Origin: Patescibacteria group bacterium
Lineage (GTDB): Bacteria; Patescibacteriota; UBA1384; XYA2-FULL-43-10
Direction of reading: 5' to 3'
Assembly (NCBI GenBank): GCA_041674405.1
Contig: JBAYVT010000003.1
Coordinates: forward strand, 119,990 to 151,989
DNA length: 32,000 bases
In this document: positions 26,298 to 32,000 of the stretch, one piece after another
How positions within the stretch are numbered: the first letter of the stretch is position 1
Layout: every line of letters begins with the position of its first letter
Position numbers and translations under genes: made by a program
The notes under the pieces: model-generated
Seen by the model: the letters and a program-made list of their open reading frames with translations, nothing else
Databases searched by the model: none
Told to the model about the DNA's origin: nothing

Positions 26298-27185
26298 CTA
26301 CTTCGCGATGTATGCCTTGAGCATCTTCCCGAGCGGCAGATGATAATCTGCCAGGACCGCCTCAATCTCGTCGATCGGCACCCACGCGACAGCATCGATG
26401 TCGTCTCTCGCCTTGGCGTAGCCCCAGGTCCGGTGAGTGATGAACATGTGAGTCATCACCACATCCGGGGTGCCATGGTAGCGCCAATCGTCGATCTTGG
26501 TCGAGCCAATGTAGATGAAGGGGCCTTCGGTGCAGAGCCCTTCGACTTCCTCGTGGAGTTCACGGCTTGCTGCCGCTTCGAGCGAAGTGTCATCCGGATC
26601 GATGAAGCCACCGACGAAGCACTTCTTGCCCTGCTCGCGACTCTTCGTCGCAAGCAGAACTTCGCCTTCGTCGTTCATGACGGCCACATCGACCGTCACG
26701 TAGACCCGTGGTGTCCGAGTCTCTTCGCGGTAGATGATCCCGGCCCGAAAGTCGGGAGTGACGCTCACCCGCTCAGCGATCTGCGCCCGAGCGGAGGTGC
26801 CGTTGTCGTGGCACCGAGGCTCAAACACCTCAGTCGCGAAGTGTCCACCATAGACCCCAAAGAACGAATCCCTGGAGCCATAGAGGACAACATCGCAGCC
26901 GTGACAACGTTCGGCGATCAGCGCATCGAGCGTCTCCGACCAGTAAGCATCGGAGAGTTGGTCAGGTAGGCCGATGATCTCGACCTCCGGATATGCCTCC
27001 CGCACCATCGCCTCCCGCATGTGATATTCCAGCGGGTTGCGGTTGGTCGGAAGCGAACCGGGGATGCCTAGGACTACGAGCACCCGCTCACATTGCGCAA
27101 GCGCATACTCGATGAGGTCGCAGTGCCCCTGATGAAGCGCGGCGACCTGGAAACGGGCGACGACCACTCCGACTTTCTTGGTCAT
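26298..27185 (-). CDS. Bifunctional NMN adenylyltransferase / Nudix hydrolase
   Basis: GVVVARFQVAALHQGHCDLI (nucleotidyltransferase), then GGFIDPDDTSLEAAASRELHEEVEGL (Nudix box). Confidence 0.93.
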   Translation of the reverse strand: MTKKVGVVVARFQVAALHQGHCDLIEYALAQCERVLVVLGIPGSLPTNRNPLEYHMREAMVREAYPEVEIIGLPDQLSDAYWSETLDALIAERCHGCDVVLYGSRDSFFGVYGGHFATEVFEPRCHDNGTSARAQIAERVSVTPDFRAGIIYREETRTPRVYVTVDVAVMNDEGEVLLATKSREQGKKCFVGGFIDPDDTSLEAAASRELHEEVEGLCTEGPFIYIGSTKIDDWRYHGTPDVVMTHMFITHRTWGYAKARDDIDAVAWVPIDEIEAVLADYHLPLGKMLKAYIAK

Positions 27186-27249
27186 TTTCGATCCCTCTTC
27201 CTTTGTTAATGTGCCTCTCGGAAGGACGCTTAACGATTCCCGAGTTACT

Positions 27250-27268
27250 TAGTGTATATGTTACACCT
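27250..27268. promoter_or_regulatory. Candidate NrtR operator 1
   Basis: TAGTGT-ATATGTT-ACACCT (GT-N7-AC core). Confidence 0.55.
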
Positions 27269-27275
27269 TGGCATA

Positions 27276-27304
27276 GTTATACTCTCACCTCGTCTTAGTG
27301 TCAA
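27276..27304 (-). promoter_or_regulatory. Near-consensus sigma70 promoter of the NAD-salvage operon
   Basis: Minus strand TTGACA (27304-27299), 17-nt spacer, TATAAC (27281-27276). Confidence 0.75.
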
Positions 27305-27314
27305 TGCTACACTA
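27296..27314. promoter_or_regulatory. Candidate NrtR operator 2 (perfect arms)
   Basis: TAGTGT-CAATGCT-ACACTA; overlaps the -35 element. Confidence 0.65.
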
Positions 27315-27330
27315 TGTATTATATACACTA
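27312..27330. promoter_or_regulatory. Candidate NrtR operator 3 (degenerate)
   Basis: CTATGT-ATTATAT-ACACTA. Confidence 0.35.
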
Positions 27331-27473
27331 TCTCCTGGCTTTCATCAGTCCTGGAGCTGATAATAAAAAAATATCCTGCAGGATGTGCAAGACATTTTTC
27401 AATTATTTACCGGGTTATTTAGAATTTCGATCTAGAACTTAATTGGCTCTTCGTTATTAGATATTAGTTTTAC

Positions 27474-28172
27474 TCAGATTATCTCAATATCCTTTATTGT
27501 TTCGGAGGCGAATTTGTAAAGCTGCGCCGGTCGATATGGTTCCCCGGTTTGCTTCTCGGAGAGTTCCTTAAGGACTTTGATTTTAGCAATTTTTTTACGA
27601 AAATTGCGCTTATCTTGCGGCACCCCCAGAATTTCCTCATATGCCTTCTCAAGCATTCCCAGCGTAAATTCTTTCGGCATTAGTTTCTGTATTAAGGTCG
27701 TGTAGCTAACCCTAGACCTTAGGCGCTTCAAAGCCTCAAAAAGCATCTCGTCGTGATCATATGAGAGCGGCTTAGCATCACCAACTTTAGCCCACCATGA
27801 TTCTGGAGTATCTTTTCTCTCTTTTTCGGAAAGTTTTTCCCATGGCACCATGGCAAGGTATGAAACTGACACCACCCTACCACGTGGATCACGATTCACA
27901 GCACTAAATGTGCGAAGTTGCTCTATATATAACTTTTTTTCAGAAACACCAGCTTTATCTTTGATAATGCGAACCGCCGCCTCTTCTGCTGTTTCCGTGG
28001 GACGGATCAAGCCTCCGGGAAAACCCTTGCTTCCCGCAGGAAATGCCGGCGGGCGATCAACGGCGATCAGGCGAACCACTAGCTCACCATCGCGTAGAGA
28101 AAACAAAACTACGTCGGTGGCAAGCACCGCAAACTTCAAATGTTCAGGTTTTGGACTCGGATATTTCTTCAT
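27474..28172 (-). CDS. NrtR-like Nudix-domain transcriptional regulator
   Basis: N-terminal Nudix-like domain (VVLFSLRDGELVVRLIAVDRPPAFPAGSKGFPGGLIRPTETAEEAAVRIIKDKAGV) with a degenerate catalytic box, plus C-terminal winged-helix-like region (RRVSYTTLIQKLMPKEFTLGMLEKAYEEILG-type). Confidence 0.8.
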   Translation of the reverse strand: MKKYPSPKPEHLKFAVLATDVVLFSLRDGELVVRLIAVDRPPAFPAGSKGFPGGLIRPTETAEEAAVRIIKDKAGVSEKKLYIEQLRTFSAVNRDPRGRVVSVSYLAMVPWEKLSEKERKDTPESWWAKVGDAKPLSYDHDEMLFEALKRLRSRVSYTTLIQKLMPKEFTLGMLEKAYEEILGVPQDKRNFRKKIAKIKVLKELSEKQTGEPYRPAQLYKFASETIKDIEII

Positions 28173-28267
28173 ACTTAGTGTTAATAATATGATAACCCTA
28201 ATTTACCTCTTCGTCAATGCGCCTAGGCAGTCTTAAACTGGTGTGATTTTCTCGGTCGAAAATAATT

Positions 28268-29056
28268 TTACTCGTCCTTTTTTTCCTCACTAATTATCCG
28301 CTCTAGTCCATCTCTAGCATTAGACAATTTATTCATTATTTCGATACCGAATCTTTCACACAACATTTTTAAAAGTTTCAGAAAAAAATCAATAGCAACA
28401 ATTAAACCTTCTTCAATATTATTAGCCGACGGTACATCAAGGAAGGTCAAATTTTTGCCTTTCGATTGCACATAATCCCTCAAAGAATTTGCGCTTGGAT
28501 GAGTATATAAGCTCATGACCCAATAGATCTTTTCGTAGCTTTCGGTTTCTCCGATCTCTTCAGCCATATCTTTCATAGACCGTAATGACCAACTTTCCTT
28601 CTTGGTCTTCATGCCCTTTTCCTTCAAACAACGATATTCACGATCTCTTATTTTTGCAGTTTCTTCTCTAACCTCTGGAGTATAAATTTCCTCAAGGCTC
28701 TTTTTTTCAATTCCATTAAGCAGTCCATTATCGATTTTCTTAAAACCATCATAAAAGCCATGATATATAAATAATTTGGATCGGTTTTCTTCATCTTCAT
28801 CCAAGATATATTTAACATTAAGATAATTCTCAAATATTGTTCGAGCTAGAACGATGCAGTCTTCTCCAAAACCATATGATATTAATTTTATCGCTCTTAT
28901 GGTTTTCGAGCTCTTTACTAGAAGGCCAAGAATTACTTGGTCAGTTAAATTATTGCTTAATTTTCCGTCAGTTTGATTTTTAAAATCTTTCTCAAAAAGC
29001 TCCTCTACATCACTTAATAAATTTTGTATCGATTTTAGGTCTTTCATTTCTATCAC
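28268..29056 (-). CDS. DUF5677-like protein
   Basis: 262 aa; helical; SYGFGEDCIVLARTIFENYLNVKYIL...YTHPSANSLRDYV resembles the DUF5677 pattern. Confidence 0.6.
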   Translation of the reverse strand: MIEMKDLKSIQNLLSDVEELFEKDFKNQTDGKLSNNLTDQVILGLLVKSSKTIRAIKLISYGFGEDCIVLARTIFENYLNVKYILDEDEENRSKLFIYHGFYDGFKKIDNGLLNGIEKKSLEEIYTPEVREETAKIRDREYRCLKEKGMKTKKESWSLRSMKDMAEEIGETESYEKIYWVMSLYTHPSANSLRDYVQSKGKNLTFLDVPSANNIEEGLIVAIDFFLKLLKMLCERFGIEIMNKLSNARDGLERIISEEKKDE

Positions 29057-29282
29057 CGATCCTCTACCTAATCATTTTAAAATACTAGATTATTTGTCTA
29101 TCGTGTGGATTAGGATTAAATTTTTTAATCACTTTAGTTCACAAAAATATTTTTTGCTCATCAATACAATTGACATTTCAATTCTACCACAATGCCAAAA
29201 ATACTGAATCTCATTCACATTCAGCCTCAAATCTGCTAGAATGAATCTGTTACTGGCGGATCTAACTATCAAGGAGAGACAA

Positions 29283-29642
29283 ATGGACCCAAGGGAACCA
29301 AGAGGCATTCCTACCGAGCCGGAAAGAGATTCTGACGAACCATCATTTGACAGAGAACATATTGAGCGATTATCCAATGCAGAACTAGTTATTGGATATG
29401 TGGTTTTCAATGAGCTATTTGGCATCCTGACCGATCCTTTTACAGCCGAAGATACTTCAGGATTGAGAAAATTACTAGAACACAGGTTGGTCGCCAAAGT
29501 CCAAGCCAGAGAAGAAATAACACCTGCAAATTTTCAGGCGAAATTGCCGTTGCTCACAGAAGAAGTCAAGCGAACAATCGGAATATTTGAGAGCATTCTG
29601 ACCGAGCGAGGATATGACATCAGTGGTCAGGAACAACATTAA
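29283..29642 (+). CDS. Hypothetical protein
   Basis: ATG preceded by AAGGAGAGACAA; directly upstream of ychF in the same orientation. Confidence 0.65.
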   Translation: MDPREPRGIPTEPERDSDEPSFDREHIERLSNAELVIGYVVFNELFGILTDPFTAEDTSGLRKLLEHRLVAKVQAREEITPANFQAKLPLLTEEVKRTIGIFESILTERGYDISGQEQH

Positions 29643-29669
29643 GACGATAAACAAGGAGCGATCATTTCT

Positions 29670-30749
29670 TTGCAAATAGGCATTGTTGGACTTCCTAACG
29701 TAGGTAAATCGACGTTGTTTAACGCCCTTATTTGCGGTGCCAAGGCCGATGCCCAGAATTATCCTTTCTGCACTATTGAGCCGAATGTCGGCGTAGTCGA
29801 GGTGCCGGATGAGCGCCTGAAACCACTTACCGAAATTTCGAAATCGAAGAAAATCGTGCCTACAGTAATCGAATTCGTCGACATCGCCGGTCTGGTCCGT
29901 GGCGCGAACAAGGGAGAGGGACTCGGGAATCAATTCCTTGCCCATATCCGCGAGTGCGATGCGATCGCCATGGTTGTCCGTATGTTCGAGGACCCGAATA
30001 TCGTCCATGTCGAAGGTAAAATTGATCCTGTCGAGGATATCAAAACGATCGAGACCGAGCTTCAGCTGGCTGATATTTCGACTGTTGAGAAGCGCTTATT
30101 TTCTGTTGAAAAAGAACTCAAATCGGGATCGAAGGAAGCCCAAGCAACGCACCATGCGCTGCAGAAGCTCAAAGACGAGCTCTATGCCGGCAAAAACGCC
30201 CGAGCGGCAGGACTTTCCAAGGAAGAAAAAGAAGCGGTTAAAGGGCTTTCTCTTCTAACATCGAAACCTATTCTGTATATAGCCAATTGTTCAGAGGAGC
30301 AACTCAAAAATTGGTCTTCCCTACAGACTAAGGACTACAAACTACCAACTGAATTGATCCCCATTTCTGCCAAGATTGAGAGCGATCTCAATGAGCTTGA
30401 CGAGTCTGAAAAGCAAGAATACCTCGAGACTCTAGGGATGGAAGATTCAGGCCTAAACCGATTGATCAAAGAGGCCTACAAAACACTCGGGCTTATCACC
30501 TATTTCACCTCCGGTGAGCCGGAAACTCGTGCCTGGACGATCAAGGAAGGTACTCTCGCCCCGCAAGCGGCTGGCGTGATCCACACCGATTTTGAGCGTG
30601 GCTTTATTGCCGCTGAAGTGATCCCCTGGCAGGACCTCGTAGCTAATGGTGGCTGGTCCGCGTCTCGCACCAAAGGCCTCGTCCGCACCGAAGGAAAAAC
30701 TTACATCTTCAAAGACGGAGACGTCGCACTATTCAGATTCAATGTGTAA
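29670..30749 (+). CDS. ychF: Redox-regulated ATPase/GTPase YchF (Obg family)
   Basis: TTG start; QIGIVGLPNVGKSTLFNAL, NYPFCTIEPNVGVVEVPD, FVDIAGLVRGANKGEGLGNQFL and C-terminal TGS-like AWTIKEGTLAPQAAGVIHTDFERGFI. Confidence 0.97.
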   Translation: MQIGIVGLPNVGKSTLFNALICGAKADAQNYPFCTIEPNVGVVEVPDERLKPLTEISKSKKIVPTVIEFVDIAGLVRGANKGEGLGNQFLAHIRECDAIAMVVRMFEDPNIVHVEGKIDPVEDIKTIETELQLADISTVEKRLFSVEKELKSGSKEAQATHHALQKLKDELYAGKNARAAGLSKEEKEAVKGLSLLTSKPILYIANCSEEQLKNWSSLQTKDYKLPTELIPISAKIESDLNELDESEKQEYLETLGMEDSGLNRLIKEAYKTLGLITYFTSGEPETRAWTIKEGTLAPQAAGVIHTDFERGFIAAEVIPWQDLVANGGWSASRTKGLVRTEGKTYIFKDGDVALFRFNV

Positions 30750-30766
30750 TCAATAATATTCTTGAC

Positions 30767-30803
30767 AAAATGGCAGAAAATATTGCTTTTACTGCCATTT
30801 TTT
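30767..30803 (+). terminator. Terminator after ychF
   Basis: AAAATGGCAG ... CTGCCATTTTTT. Confidence 0.75.
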
Positions 30804-30857
30804 GATAGTGTCTCTGCGAGCGAAGACGTACAAAACTACCCGAAGGGTGTGAACGCA

Positions 30858-32000
30858 ATGTATCAAAATATCTCGTTGCAGGTAGGGCTGGTGATGCTCG
30901 CGTACCTGCTGGGGTCGCTCCCCTTTGGGTACTGGTTCGGAAAGTTCGCGAAAGGTGGCGCATTCGATATCCGGAACTACGGTTCTGGTAATATCGGTTT
31001 CACCGCCATTGGGCGCGAAGTGAGCTGGGGAATCGCTATCCCGGTGCTGATCTTTGACGCACTCAAAGCTTGGGGGCCAGTAACACTGGCCAAAGCCGAG
31101 TTTGGCGTCGATTTCGGCATGCTGTGTCTCATCTTCGTCATGTTGGGCCACGCATATTCTCTGTACTTCTGGGTCACAGAGAAGCACCCTGGAGGCGGCA
31201 AGTCTGTTGCAGCCGCTCTGGGAGGCATCGTCGCCCTACACCCTGCAATAGCCGGCTGGAGCCTGGTCATCTGGGCAATCATCCTGCTATGCACCCGGAC
31301 CATGTCCATAGCCTCGATGTTGGGAAGCGTCTGTGCTTTCCTACTGACCTTACGTATTCACATCGGTCTGGGGCTCGACGTATCCTTCGGCTATGGCCTG
31401 GGACTGACCTGGAACATCTTCTTCGGCCTAGTGAGTGCGCTGATCGTCTACTTCCACAAGCGTAACATTGGCCGTCTCTTGCATCGCAACGAGAAGCCAT
31501 TGTTTGAGTGGAGAGACATATGCAAACTCTGGCAGAAGAGGCAAACCGTCCAAGACAATGAACTAGTCGTCTGGTTCATGATTCACCCGTTGCAGTGGAG
31601 CGACCTGATGCAATCCGTACTCATATGGTGGATCTACTGGATGGGTAAATGGCCACGGAGTGCCAGGATCGGCATCTGGATACTCTCCGTTCTGCCAGTC
31701 ATCGAGAACGCAGAGGTCACCGGCATCACCCTGAAAGACGAGAGACAGACCCGGGTCAAGATCAAAACCGGCGCCATCCTTTACCTCTCAGGGATGATCG
31801 AAGTAGTGAAGCTAGCAGAAGAGGTTGACGCTGGTCGCATGAAGGTGGGCTATGGGGAAGGCGAGGTTTCGCCAGAGCTGTACAAGAAGGCCTCACTACT
31901 TCGTGACCGGTTGTGGAAGCGCTTACAGAGCGGTACGGTGCAAGGGCGCCGCATCGGCTCTCACGTCGCGGGGCTAGGGGCACTCCTCTCCACCAGGTTC
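30858..32000 (+). CDS. plsY: PlsY-like glycerol-3-phosphate acyltransferase with long C-terminal extension, truncated by the window
   Basis: MYQNISLQVGLVMLAYLLGSLPFGYWFGKFAKGGAFDIRNYGSGNIGFTAIGRE...GGGKSVAAALGG; frame stays open to 32000 (381 codons), well past the normal ~200 aa. Confidence 0.85.
   Translation, partial: MYQNISLQVGLVMLAYLLGSLPFGYWFGKFAKGGAFDIRNYGSGNIGFTAIGREVSWGIAIPVLIFDALKAWGPVTLAKAEFGVDFGMLCLIFVMLGHAYSLYFWVTEKHPGGGKSVAAALGGIVALHPAIAGWSLVIWAIILLCTRTMSIASMLGSVCAFLLTLRIHIGLGLDVSFGYGLGLTWNIFFGLVSALIVYFHKRNIGRLLHRNEKPLFEWRDICKLWQKRQTVQDNELVVWFMIHPLQWSDLMQSVLIWWIYWMGKWPRSARIGIWILSVLPVIENAEVTGITLKDERQTRVKIKTGAILYLSGMIEVVKLAEEVDAGRMKVGYGEGEVSPELYKKASLLRDRLWKRLQSGTVQGRRIGSHVAGLGALLSTRF

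Noticed and set aside
26340-26969. 209-aa plus-strand ORF
   Set aside because: Antisense shadow of the NMN adenylyltransferase/Nudix gene.
27371-27385. Palindrome ATCCTGCAGGAT between the regulator gene and the NAD-salvage promoter
   Set aside because: Only 12 bp, single copy, no obvious partner or position relative to a promoter; could be chance.
27474-29056. Considered whether the Nudix regulator plus DUF5677-like gene form an antiphage or toxin-antitoxin pair
   Set aside because: Nothing in the sequence links them functionally; the regulator is better explained by the adjacent NAD genes and the DUF5677-like protein has no recognisable toxin motif.
1-32000. tRNA, rRNA, integrase, transposase or attachment-site signals
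   Set aside because: None could be recognised by eye; a tRNAscan/Infernal run would be needed to exclude small RNA genes formally.

Overview
The 32 kb window looks chromosomal and of candidate-phyla (CPR/Patescibacteria-like) type; that placement is inferred from gene content and style only. The minus strand carries an AT-richer housekeeping backbone: ftsK (partial), RNase J, type-4 uracil-DNA glycosylase, pnp, rpsO, DHH/DHHA1 phosphoesterase (nrnA-like), a giant DUF2341/LamG/FN3 surface protein, signal peptidase I, a DUF2207-like membrane protein, holA, and polA in two pieces. Between these sit short single genes, mostly on the plus strand, each with its own promoter, Shine-Dalgarno and hairpin. 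Further right is a conspicuously GC-rich NAD-salvage pair (bifunctional NMN adenylyltransferase/Nudix plus nicotinamide phosphoribosyltransferase) next to an NrtR-like Nudix regulator, then a DUF5677-like gene, ychF and plsY (partial). Main observations: (1) polA is split exactly where an A_AAA_AAG slippery heptamer, a hairpin and a UAG stop occur, and the -1 frame runs open through a 9-nt (Val-His-Lys) repeat into the polymerase ORF, which has no visible Shine-Dalgarno; (2) at least seven intergenic inverted repeats share one architecture (a short word iterated inside each arm) but use a different word each time; (3) two to three TAGTGT-N7-ACACTA-type palindromes overlap a near-consensus promoter of the NAD-salvage operon; (4) a seven-repeat, propeller-like module is nested inside a LamG domain; (5) a degenerate second copy of the RNase J C-terminal coding sequence lies behind the gene.
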